Below are positions 8,668 to 17,400 of a stretch of DNA of 33,406 nt, in pieces. Positions within the stretch are counted from its first letter, which is position 1; every line of letters begins with the position of its first letter. The position numbers and the translations under genes were made by a program. The DNA is from Omnitrophica WOR_2 bacterium RIFCSPLOWO2_12_FULL_51_24. GTDB lineage: Bacteria; Omnitrophota; Gorgyraeia; Pluralincolimonadales; Pluralincolimonadaceae. The stretch covers positions 1 to 33,406 of the forward strand of contig MHHC01000020.1 of the NCBI GenBank assembly GCA_001805885.1, written 5' to 3'. Under the pieces are notes generated by a model. The model saw only the letters and a list, made by a program, of their open reading frames with translations, searched no databases and was not told where the DNA came from.

Positions 8668-9165
8668 ATGAACAGAAAAAAGATGATAAAAACGACGCTT
8701 GTCGCCGGTTTATTTTTCCTTGCTCTCGGCGGCTGGCTTCTGCACCTCAGAATACATTCCCTCGTAAAGAACGTGGATAACGTTATTCCCCTTATTTCCG
8801 GGATAGTGAGCGTTTTTTTTCTCCCGCTTCTTTTTTGGTTCAGGTCAACGGTTTCATCGGCTTATACCATCAATGGTTTTTTGGTTATAATCGGCACAAT
8901 AACCATGTCGCATTTTTCCTTTGCCACCTTTCAAGATCCCCTGACCCCGGCGAATATTATTTTAAAGACGACCCTGGCGGACATCTCTATTTTATGGGGG
9001 AAATTTGCCGTAGGAAAAGCGCTGTTTGACCTGGAATTTTTAAAGTCAGAGACCGACGTAGCCGCTAAAGGGCGTTTCTTCAGGTACCCGAATATGGGTT
9101 GGTGGTGGGCGCATCTTTTTGCTTTAGCGACAGTGTACTCTTTAGGAAATATTTTCTGGAAATGA
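8668..9165 (+). CDS. Hypothetical polytopic membrane protein (165 aa)
   Basis: The track ORF 8584-9165 overlaps tRNA-Gln. The in-frame ATG at 8668 (MNRKKMIKTT...) has a purine-rich GAGGAAAA upstream and starts just after the tRNA. There are four to five hydrophobic segments. I recognise no family. Confidence 0.55.
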   Translation: MNRKKMIKTTLVAGLFFLALGGWLLHLRIHSLVKNVDNVIPLISGIVSVFFLPLLFWFRSTVSSAYTINGFLVIIGTITMSHFSFATFQDPLTPANIILKTTLADISILWGKFAVGKALFDLEFLKSETDVAAKGRFFRYPNMGWWWAHLFALATVYSLGNIFWK

Positions 9166-9177
9166 AGGAGAGCATTC

Positions 9178-9273
9178 ATGTACCGGTTTTTGCTGTTTAA
9201 GCCCGGCTGGTGGATTCTTCATATCATAGCGATAGCGCTTATCTTCTGGCTCGGACACTCCGTGCAATTTTAG
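9178..9273 (+). CDS. Possible 31-aa single-TM micropeptide (MYRFLLFKPGWWILHIIAIALIFWLGHSVQF)
   Basis: It is not in the ORF track because it is too short. AAGGAG at 9165-9170 lies 7 nt before the ATG at 9178 and overlaps the upstream stop codon. Its sequence resembles the last TM segment of the upstream protein (GWW..H..A.A....LG). No homology evidence is available. Confidence 0.35.
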   Translation: MYRFLLFKPGWWILHIIAIALIFWLGHSVQF

Positions 9274-9296
9274 ACTTTTCCCGCGACCTTAACCCC

Positions 9297-9325
9297 TTGT
9301 TATTTTGTTTAAACTTTGGTATATT
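9297..9325 (+). promoter_or_regulatory. Possible sigma70-type promoter for tRNA-Leu
   Basis: TTGTTA at 9297-9302, a 17-nt spacer, then TATATT at 9320-9325, ending 20 nt upstream of the tRNA 5-prime end. Confidence 0.4.
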
Positions 9326-9345
9326 TGATGTGGTTTCCCTTCATT

Positions 9346-9433
9346 GCTGGGATGGCGGAATTGGCAGACGCGACAGTTTGAGGGGCTGTTGGTTGAATAG
9401 ACTGTGGGGGTTCAAATCCCCCTCCCAGCACCA
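9346..9433 (+). tRNA. tRNA-Leu (anticodon GAG), type II with long variable arm
   Basis: The acceptor is GCTGGGA/TCCCAGC. The anticodon stem ACAGT/GCTGT carries loop TTGAGGG. There is a long variable arm. The T arm is GGGGG-TTCAAAT-CCCCC. The discriminator is A and CCA is encoded, followed by a T6 run. Length is 88 nt. Confidence 0.9.
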
Positions 9434-9454
9434 TTTTTTAATAAGTGGTGTCAT

Positions 9455-10237
9455 ATGGCCAGATTCAAAATAGGATGCCATACCCTTACATGGGGTAATT
9501 ATTTAAGCGGCTACTCCATAAAGGATGCTCTTTGGGAGATAAAGGAAGCCGGCTATGACGGCGTGGAGATTTATGACCCGCTGACGAGGCTTGGCTCGGT
9601 TGCGGCGTTAAAGACGCAGCTTAACGAGCAGGGCCTTGAGTTGGCTACGTTATCCGCCGACATAAAGGTGACCGGTGATGAGAAAGCGGACCTTGCCGAG
9701 GCGAAGGAGAAGGTCTTCTTCGCCGGCCAATTCGGCGCGAAAGCGCTTATGACCACCGGCGGTTGGACCAACGACGGATTGAAGAAGGAAGCCAAGAGCT
9801 ACAAATCCCTCTGTAAAAGGCTTGATTTGCTGGCCGGGTATGCCTCGAAATTCAACATGCAGGTCGCCTTCCATAATCATCTGGATACCATAGTAGAGGA
9901 AGAGAGGGATATACTCAACCTTCTTGAATTCTCAAAGGCATTGAAACTATGTATCGATACCGGCCATCTGGCCGCGGTCGATGCGGACCCGGCCTATGTC
10001 ATAGAAAAATACGCTTCGTCGCTCGCGCTCGTGCACCTGAAGGACTGGGATCCGAAAATAAGGGATTTTGCAGAGCTGGGGCGGGGGATACTCGGCAACA
10101 GGATGAAGAATATCCTTGCAACATTGGAAAAGATTAATTATACTAACTGGATTATTGTAGAACTTGACAGGACTTCCATTACTCCGTTCGAAAGCGCGAG
10201 GATATCGCGCGATTTTCTTAGGGGGATAGGATATTAG
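9455..10237 (+). CDS. Sugar phosphate isomerase/epimerase, xylose-isomerase-like TIM barrel (AP_endonuc_2 superfamily)
   Basis: The track ORF starts inside tRNA-Leu at 9404. The in-frame ATG at 9455 (MARFKIGCHTLTWG...) is the plausible start. Typical pattern: GYDGVEI, FHNH, IDTGHL, VHLKD, and IIVELD metal-ligand strands. Confidence 0.85.
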   Translation: MARFKIGCHTLTWGNYLSGYSIKDALWEIKEAGYDGVEIYDPLTRLGSVAALKTQLNEQGLELATLSADIKVTGDEKADLAEAKEKVFFAGQFGAKALMTTGGWTNDGLKKEAKSYKSLCKRLDLLAGYASKFNMQVAFHNHLDTIVEEERDILNLLEFSKALKLCIDTGHLAAVDADPAYVIEKYASSLALVHLKDWDPKIRDFAELGRGILGNRMKNILATLEKINYTNWIIVELDRTSITPFESARISRDFLRGIGY

Positions 10238-10239
10238 AT

Positions 10240-11244
10240 ATGGAGTTTAAGGTCGGCATCTGCGGCCTTGGAAGGAGCGCCCAGGAATTCCACATACCGC
10301 TAATGAAGAAGGTTGGGAATTTCCAGGTAGTCGCGGTATGCGACACTATACCGGCGCGCAGGAGGGTCGCGGATAAGAATTATCATACTATAGCTTTCTC
10401 GGATTACAAACATTTCCTCGATAGCGATATAGACTTGGTCGTGATAGCGACCCCTTCGAGCAGCCATTTCAGGATCGCGAAGATGGTTTTGGAGGAGGGC
10501 AAGCATTGTGTCGTCGAGAAGCCGATAGCGCTTACATTGAAAGAGGTAGATTACCTCATACGGCTTGCCCATAAGAAGAGGGTTGTGCTCTCGGTCTTCC
10601 AGAGCCGCCGGTTCGACGGGGATTTTCTGACCGTGAAGAAACTTCTTGAGGGGGACCTCGTCGGCGAACCCTTTACGGTCGAGTCGCGCGCGACCTCATA
10701 CGGCTCTTTGAAGAATTACGGCGTGAAAGAATTCAATCCTGCCTGGCGGTATAAGAAGGCATACGGCGGCGGGATACTCTACGATTTCGGTTCGCACATA
10801 ATCGACCAGATGCTCTGTCTTGTAAAGGAACAGCCGGTCTCGGTCTTTTGTGATATGAAGTCGGTCCTCTGGTCGAGGGAAGTCGATGACTATTTTAAGC
10901 TTTTGATAAGGTTCCGCGGCGGGATAACGGCGCATCTCGAAGCGAGCCAGGTCTCGCGGTACAACCTGCCGCGCTGGTATGTGCTTGGTACCAAGGGCGC
11001 CCTGTTAAGCGAGAACGGCGGGCATCCCATAAAGGTCAGGACGCGGATAAAAGGCGAAGAGTTCGAGCGCACCTATCAGGTCGAACCCAGCTGCTGGGAA
11101 CGGTATTACGAGAACCTCTACGATGTTTTGATGCACCGGGCGCACCCCATAATCAAACTCGAAGAGGTGCGCAAGTCGGCCGCGGTTATCGACGCCGCGC
11201 GCCTTTCCGCGCATAATAAAAGAGAACAGAAAGTAAGATATTAG
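10240..11244 (+). CDS. Gfo/Idh/MocA family NAD(P)-dependent oxidoreductase
   Basis: The N-terminal Rossmann motif is VGICGLGRSAQ. The family signature EKP appears in HCVVEKPIALT. A C-terminal alpha/beta dimerisation domain follows. It lies 2 nt downstream of the TIM-barrel gene. Confidence 0.9.
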   Translation: MEFKVGICGLGRSAQEFHIPLMKKVGNFQVVAVCDTIPARRRVADKNYHTIAFSDYKHFLDSDIDLVVIATPSSSHFRIAKMVLEEGKHCVVEKPIALTLKEVDYLIRLAHKKRVVLSVFQSRRFDGDFLTVKKLLEGDLVGEPFTVESRATSYGSLKNYGVKEFNPAWRYKKAYGGGILYDFGSHIIDQMLCLVKEQPVSVFCDMKSVLWSREVDDYFKLLIRFRGGITAHLEASQVSRYNLPRWYVLGTKGALLSENGGHPIKVRTRIKGEEFERTYQVEPSCWERYYENLYDVLMHRAHPIIKLEEVRKSAAVIDAARLSAHNKREQKVRY

Positions 11245-11248
11245 ATTT

Positions 11249-11324
11249 GGCCCCTTCGTCTAGTGGCCCAGGACGGCAGCTTCTCAAGCTGTAGACACGG
11301 GTTCGATTCCCGTAGGGGCTACCA
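11249..11324 (+). tRNA. tRNA-Glu (anticodon CTC)
   Basis: The sequence GGCCCCTTCGTCTAGTGGCCCAGGACGGCAGCTTCTCAAGCTGTAGACACGGGTTCGATTCCCGTAGGGGCTACCA is colinear with canonical bacterial tRNA-Glu. The anticodon loop is TTCTCAA. CCA is encoded. Length is 76 nt. Confidence 0.9.
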
Positions 11325-11351
11325 ATCGACATATTAACCCTTCAAAGCCCA

Positions 11352-13397
11352 ATGAATAAAAGAGCCCAGATAAAAGAGGGAATATTTTACCTCGGGGAGG
11401 AGCCGATTTTTTTAGTGACGGCCGACTACCCGTATTACCGCGACGACGCCGGAAATTGGGACGACAGGTTGAAGAAGATAAAGAACGCCGGCATAGACGC
11501 GGTGACTTTTTATACGCCGTGGCGCCATCACGCGCATAAATCCGGCGATAAGATAGAATTGGATTTTGACGGCAGGACCCAGCCGAACCGCAATGTCAAG
11601 CTTTTCCTGGAGCTATGCGCGGAGAAGAAGCTTTGGGCTGTGGTAAAACCCGGGCCTTACATACACGCCGAACTCACCTTCGGCGGGCTGCCGGATTGGG
11701 CTGCCGCGGAGAAGGGTTCTGGGATAGAGCCGCTCGTCAATAATAAGGGAGAGCCGATGCTGGATCCGTTCCGCCCGCCGGGCAGTTACGGAAGGCCGAT
11801 GCCCGCGCCGCTTTGCAAGAAATTCAAGGCGATGACCAAAGAGTGGTATAGATCGGTCTATGACAACCTCATTAAAGACAGCATATATCCCAAGGGCAAT
11901 ATAATCGCGGTCCAGGTCTGCAACGAGGGGCTCTATTCGAACGGGCCTGCCGCGATAACCGACTACGATTATTCCGATTCGGCCCTTGAATTATATAAGA
12001 AGTTCGCGAGGCGCGAAAACGTCAGGGCGCCGAGAAGGCTGTCGGCTGTAAAGAAAATATCTGATCTGAGAGATTATCTCGACTGGGCCCGCTGGCAGTC
12101 TGAATACATGAGATTAGTCTATGCAGAATTCTCATCGGTCCTGCGCGGGAAAGTCCCTATCGTGATAAACTTAAACCCGCCTTCGGAAGGGCGCGGACTC
12201 GATCATTGGCTTACGCGCGTCATCCCGGAGAACTGGCCCGGGATAAGTTATGGGTTCACGAACTGGCTCAGGCCCGTTTCGGAAGACAGGGTATCTTTCG
12301 ACCGCTATAGCCTCTTGTCGAAGCGCAAGAGGGGAATAAATTTCGAGGAGAATTGGGGTTTTTCCAAACTTTACGATTACCATTTCCAGTATCCGGTCGT
12401 CTGCGTATTCGAGACCTTGCTCGCTATTGCCAATGGCGCGACCGGTTTCAACGTCTATACTGCCGTAAATACCGCTTCATGGGATGACTCGATAGACTGC
12501 CAGCACGAGAGGCCTTATCCCGATTCGTCTCCGATAAAAGAAGACGGCTCGCTTACGAAGAAATACGAGGTATTGAACCTAATGTCGCTTTTCTTCGAAG
12601 TAAATGGGCCGGAATTCTTAAGATGTGAACCGGATGCTACGGTGGCGTGGGGATTATATCCGCCTTACGCCTATCTTGCCGCCTGGGATATCCCCAAGGA
12701 GGACTGGGACAGGTTCCATGCCGAGCCGGTCAGGTGCGGTTACGAGGCGCTCGACAGGTTCCAGAGGATAATGCGTGACAGAAACGGGGATTTTCAGATC
12801 GTAAATCTCGAGACCGCTTCGCCGGCCGAGCTCAAGAGGCATAAATTTATTGCGCTTTACGGCGGGTTCTTTATGGACGGAAAGACACAGAAGAAACTCG
12901 CCTCATACTCATCAGCCGGCGGAAGGGTAATATTTATCGGAGAGGCGCCGCATCTCGACGAGGATTTCAGCGACTGCCGGATATTAAAGAAGAAATGTTC
13001 CCGCCTGTTAAAGATGGAAGAAATAGGCGATATTATCGGGTGCGGTAATAAAAAATTACATGTCAGCGACCCGGAGACTCAGGTCTGGGCCTATGATAAT
13101 CCGGATAGAAAGACGCAGTTTTTCTTCGTGCTCAACCTGTCGACAAATGCCGGAGCGAGACATTTCAGTTACGAAGGCAAAAAGGCCGCCGTAGTATTGC
13201 CGGATAAATCAGCGGCCGTTATTAAAATAAAGGACGGTAAGATAGACTCCGTATTCATAAAAGGCATAAACGAGATGAATAAGACCTCAGTCGTGCCCGA
13301 AGCCGCGTTTGGTAAAGACAGGTTTAAAGCGAAGACCGCTTGCGACGTCTTGGCTCTCAGGCAAGGGAAGAAATGGCAGATAAAGATATCGGCTTAA
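11352..13397 (+). CDS. Divergent GH35-like (clan GH-A) glycoside hydrolase, putative beta-galactosidase-type, cytoplasmic
   Basis: The N-terminal 330 aa follow the GH35 layout: ADYPYYRD..WDDRLKKIKNAGIDAVTFYTPWRHH, VVKPGPYIHAELTFGGLPDW, the acid/base region VQVCNEG, and the nucleophile region NFEENWGF. There is no signal peptide. I do not recognise the C-terminal 350 aa. Confidence 0.65.
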   Translation: MNKRAQIKEGIFYLGEEPIFLVTADYPYYRDDAGNWDDRLKKIKNAGIDAVTFYTPWRHHAHKSGDKIELDFDGRTQPNRNVKLFLELCAEKKLWAVVKPGPYIHAELTFGGLPDWAAAEKGSGIEPLVNNKGEPMLDPFRPPGSYGRPMPAPLCKKFKAMTKEWYRSVYDNLIKDSIYPKGNIIAVQVCNEGLYSNGPAAITDYDYSDSALELYKKFARRENVRAPRRLSAVKKISDLRDYLDWARWQSEYMRLVYAEFSSVLRGKVPIVINLNPPSEGRGLDHWLTRVIPENWPGISYGFTNWLRPVSEDRVSFDRYSLLSKRKRGINFEENWGFSKLYDYHFQYPVVCVFETLLAIANGATGFNVYTAVNTASWDDSIDCQHERPYPDSSPIKEDGSLTKKYEVLNLMSLFFEVNGPEFLRCEPDATVAWGLYPPYAYLAAWDIPKEDWDRFHAEPVRCGYEALDRFQRIMRDRNGDFQIVNLETASPAELKRHKFIALYGGFFMDGKTQKKLASYSSAGGRVIFIGEAPHLDEDFSDCRILKKKCSRLLKMEEIGDIIGCGNKKLHVSDPETQVWAYDNPDRKTQFFFVLNLSTNAGARHFSYEGKKAAVVLPDKSAAVIKIKDGKIDSVFIKGINEMNKTSVVPEAAFGKDRFKAKTACDVLALRQGKKWQIKISA

Positions 13398-13400
13398 AGA

Positions 13401-13414
13401 TGTTACCGCTCACA
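13401..13414. promoter_or_regulatory. LacI-family operator candidate (lacO-like pseudo-palindrome)
   Basis: The site is TGTTACCGCTCACA. Its reverse complement, TGTGAGCGGTAACA, differs from the E. coli lacO1 core TGTGAGCGGATAACA by one missing base. It lies directly 5-prime of a TTGACA box and 53 nt upstream of LacI gene 1. Confidence 0.5.
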
Positions 13415-13443
13415 TTGACAAAATATCGTTGATATGGTATTCT
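13415..13443 (+). promoter_or_regulatory. Possible sigma70-type promoter of the LacI-1/GH2 transcription unit
   Basis: A perfect TTGACA at 13415-13420, a 17-nt spacer, then TATTCT at 13438-13443, ending 23 nt upstream of the ATG at 13467. Confidence 0.35.
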
Positions 13444-13466
13444 TTTCTTCAGGGGTTTAGTAAGCC

Positions 13467-14492
13467 ATGAAACGTTTCGATAAAGCCAGTGTGACAATAA
13501 AAGACGTTGCGAAACGGGCAGGGGTCGCTCATTCGACGGTCTCTCTTGTTATGAACGACCGCGAACACGTCTCGCCGAAATTGCGCGAACGCATCCTGAA
13601 GATCGCCAACGAGATGGGCTACATGCCCAATATAGTCGCGCGCAGCCTCATCAGCAAGAAATCTGCCACCGTAGGCGTAGTCTTTCCTGAGAATCCCCAC
13701 TTCTTTACCATGACGTACTTCCTTATGGTGATCGACGGCATCCAGAGCGCCTGCAAGAAATACGATAAGGCGATGATGTTCTTCAGCCTTGACCAGACCA
13801 AGGGAGAGTCCTATTACCAGTTATCCCGCAAATGGCTTATTGATCTTATGATCATCGTTAACATCGACTACACAAGAGACCTCTCGAAGGATATCCAGGA
13901 CCTGAAGGATCACGGCATAGCCTTCTCTTTTGTGACCAAATATATAGGTAAGGAGAAGGTCAATTCGGTCTGTGTCGATAACTTAGAGGGCGTGAGGTTG
14001 GCCCTCGAGCACCTGATCGCGCAGGGCCACAGGCGGATAGGATTCATAAGCGGTAATCCGAACTCGGCTGACGGCCCAGAGAGGCTGAACGCGTTCCAGA
14101 CCCTTTCGAAGAAGATGGGATTGGACCAGGACGAGGGCCTTATCGTCTACGGTGATTTCACCTTCGAGAGCGGCGAGAGAGAGGTTCCGAAACTCCTCGG
14201 GCTCAAGAAGCGGCCCACCGCGATATTCGCCGCGAGCGATTATATGGCTATCGGCGCGATGCGCGCCATGAAGGCGCAGGGGATCTCGATACCAAAGGAT
14301 ATAGCACTGATGGGATTCGATAACTCCCTCGAATCCGCATACGTTGAACCCGCGCTCACGACGATAAGACAGCCGCTCCAGGAGATGGGCGAGAAGGCTG
14401 TCGATCTCGCCATCCGCTCGCTGAACGAAGAGAACTTTGAACCCACCACCCTTATAATGAAACCGGAGCTCCTCAAGAGACAATCATGCTAA
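13467..14492 (+). CDS. LacI/GalR family transcriptional regulator (regulator 1)
   Basis: The N-terminal HTH is TIKDVAKRAGVAHSTVSLVMN. A periplasmic-binding-protein-like sugar-binding core follows (IGFISG, AIFAASDYMAIGAMRA, IALMGFDN). Its stop overlaps the GH2 start by 7 nt. Confidence 0.9.
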   Translation: MKRFDKASVTIKDVAKRAGVAHSTVSLVMNDREHVSPKLRERILKIANEMGYMPNIVARSLISKKSATVGVVFPENPHFFTMTYFLMVIDGIQSACKKYDKAMMFFSLDQTKGESYYQLSRKWLIDLMIIVNIDYTRDLSKDIQDLKDHGIAFSFVTKYIGKEKVNSVCVDNLEGVRLALEHLIAQGHRRIGFISGNPNSADGPERLNAFQTLSKKMGLDQDEGLIVYGDFTFESGEREVPKLLGLKKRPTAIFAASDYMAIGAMRAMKAQGISIPKDIALMGFDNSLESAYVEPALTTIRQPLQEMGEKAVDLAIRSLNEENFEPTTLIMKPELLKRQSC

Positions 14493-17400
14493 AGAGGATT
14501 TTTTCGTATTGTATACCGGCAGTTTTTTTATCGTTGTGTACGATCTTACCCGCCGGGACGACGCCGGTCCAGCCCCCTGCGCCTGAGACGCAGCCCGCGA
14601 CATTCGAAGTGAAAGAAATAGACGGCCTGTATATGCCGTTTCAGAACGGCATACCTTTCCCGTCGTGGGAGAAGCAGGACCATTTATATGTAGATCTAAA
14701 CGGCGCGTGGAAGGTCGAACGAAAAAGCGTCGACCATAAGCTCACGCTTTACAATAGGACGCCGGAGAACATAAAACTTGTCGAACGGGAGGGCGCAGAT
14801 AGGCATAAGGCCGAATACAATGATGGCGGATGGAAAGAAAAACAGATCCCGGGCGTAGAGAATCCCGCTCCGGACAGATATATGGACGGTGTATGGTACA
14901 GGCGCCATTTTACAATCCCCTCCGATGCGGCCGGAAAATACATAAAGCTCATGTTCGAGGCCGCGAATTATTTCACCGACGTCTGGATCAACGGGAAATG
15001 GATAGGCTGCCATGAAGGCGGTTATACTCCGTTTGCCTTCGATATAGGCCAATACCTTAACTACGGGCAGGATAACGTGATAGCCGTCCGCGTCGATAAT
15101 ATCCCATGGCTCCCCAACGGCGACAGCTCACCCGAGGCCCTCAAGACGAACGATCATAATATAGTACTGTATGCTACAGGCGACTGGTGGAATTACGGCG
15201 GGATAACCAGAAATGTGTATATAGAAATATCACCGTTAGTCTCTGTTGTCCGCGCTGATGTGAAGCCAAAACTCGTCGACGAGAAAAATTCTGAACTGAC
15301 GATAGATGTGGTTGCCTATAACCGGAGCGATGCCGAAGTCAACTCATCTCTGTCGCTTAAAGTCCTTCAAGCCAATGTAAAGGATAGCAATTTGGAGGAA
15401 GCGTCGGCAAAGAAGATGATTACAGGTAAAACCGTCTCCGTTCAGGGCGAGACCTCTAAACAGATAACCCTCAAGGCCGGCGAGGCAAAGGCATTCAGGT
15501 TCTCCCTGAAGTCAAGCGGACTCAAGCCCTGGTCGCCGGAGGCACCGAACCTTTATGTATTGCAGGTAAATCTCGGGGACAAAAAGACAAAATCAGATGA
15601 GTTCTATACGCAGTTCGGCGTCAGGGAGATCAGCGTCGATAAGGCTAACGCGAAACTTCTCCTGAACGGAAAAGAGGTTTTCCTCCGCGGTATCGCCCGG
15701 CACGCGGTATTCTACGGAGAGCCCGGCCCGCGGGTTTACGGTCCGGCCAGCATTGTCGAGGATTTCAGGCTCGCAAAAGATGCCAACGTGAATTTCGTAA
15801 GGACTGCCCATTACCCTAACCAGCAGGAGACTTACCTGATCGCCGACAGGATGGGCCTTCTTATTTGGGAAGAGATACCCGTTTTCTGGTTCGGCGGGCC
15901 GGAATTTTTAATCCAAAAGAATGTCCGCGGCATCGCAAGACAGATGTGGTTCGAGATGATATACCGCGATTATAACAGGCCTTCGGTCATAATCTGGAGC
16001 ACGTGCAACGAGTGCAGCTGGCAGGCGGAGAGAGCCGCTTTTATCAAAGACCTCAGGGAGAACGCCTACAAGGTCGACGGGACGCGCCTCGTAGCGCAAT
16101 CGGCCTCTGGAAGCGATCCGACGGATGCAACCCAGAAGGAATGCGACCTGCTGGGATTCACCACTTATTACGGGATATTCTACGGCGGTTCGTATGACGC
16201 TGACACGAAAGTCGCACTGGAGAAAGCGCATAAGGCGTTTCCCGACAAACCGATAATATCCACCGAATACGGCATGTGGGCACATTACGGGGATTTCCCG
16301 CAGGAGGAGGTACAGATCGAAGTGGCAAAGGAAACCTTCGGGGCCCTTAGGGAGTTTCCGTATGTTGCCGGCGCAACGTGGTGGACTATCGCCGATTGGC
16401 ACACGATGATAAACGAGCCGCAGACGATGGGCACGATGACGATCGACAGGAAATTACAGAAGCCGGTCTATTTTCAGCTGCAGCGGCAATATGGCTCGCT
16501 TTTAGGCGATTTGACGGTTGAGATCAAAGAGCCGACAGAAGGGCAGGCCTTAAATGGCAAGGTCGCCATATCGGCCGAGATAAAAGGGAGAGAGAAGCCT
16601 GAGGCCGTGGAACTGATTATCGAAGGGAAGTCTTTGGGCCGGCTCTCCCAGAAAAAAGACCTCTATCAGATGGAATTGGATACGACCAAGATATCGGAAG
16701 GCAGGCATACGTTTATCGTGCGCGCGAAAAGCAAGAAAGGTTACTATATCTCCGATTTCATCAGGGTCACCATCGATAATATTGACGGGCCTCCGACTAT
16801 CACGGCCAATCTGAAAGATCAAAATGTTGTGATGGGCAAGCTCTCCCTGAAAGCCGTCGCGACCGACGACAAGGTCGTCACCTCAGTCACCTATTCTGTA
16901 GACGGAGGAGAAGTCCTGCAGATGGAGAGCATAGGCGAGGGGGATTATCAGGCGACATGGGATGCCTCAGGGCTTCCGGATGGTTCCGCGCATGAGCTTA
17001 AATTCACGGCCACTGATACGGGGAACCAGACAGCCGAAGCTAAAGCCAAGGTGACAATCGATAACAAACCCGGCCAGTACGTGGGATTACCCTTTGACCA
17101 TGACTGGATCTCCTGGAATAAAAACCGCGGTGACGGTACGGGCTATGACTTCCCGGCCGAAGAGCTGCCGGACTCGAATTCCGAATTCATATTCAACGGC
17201 GCCGAGAAGGTAAAGTTCAGATTAGGCGAAAAGACCGACGGCGCAAAAAATAATGTCGAATGCAACAAACAAAAGATAGCTTTCGCCCCGGGTAATTATA
17301 CAAAAGTGCACATACTTGCCACTATGCATAACGGCGGGTCGAGACAACCGTTTATTCTCAACTATACCAACGGCACCTCCGAGAAGGTTGTGACCGGTTT

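Noticed and set aside
9210-9473. An 87-aa ORF, and the 9404 start of the next ORF, both spanning tRNA-Leu.
   Set aside because: Both read through the tRNA-Leu gene (9346-9433). The TIM-barrel protein sequence only begins to look family-like from the ATG at 9455.
8577-11324. The segment bounded by three tRNA genes, considered as a genomic island or integrative element.
   Set aside because: There is no integrase, recombinase or transposase. There are no direct repeats of the tRNA 3-prime ends. I saw no compositional break, and the cargo consists of ordinary metabolic genes.
14486-14560. Possible lipoprotein lipobox (FLSLC) in the GH2 signal peptide.
   Set aside because: The -1 residue is Leu rather than Gly, Ala or Ser, so it does not fit the L-(A/S)-(G/A)-C consensus. 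It is treated as an ordinary Sec signal peptide pending SignalP or LipoP.
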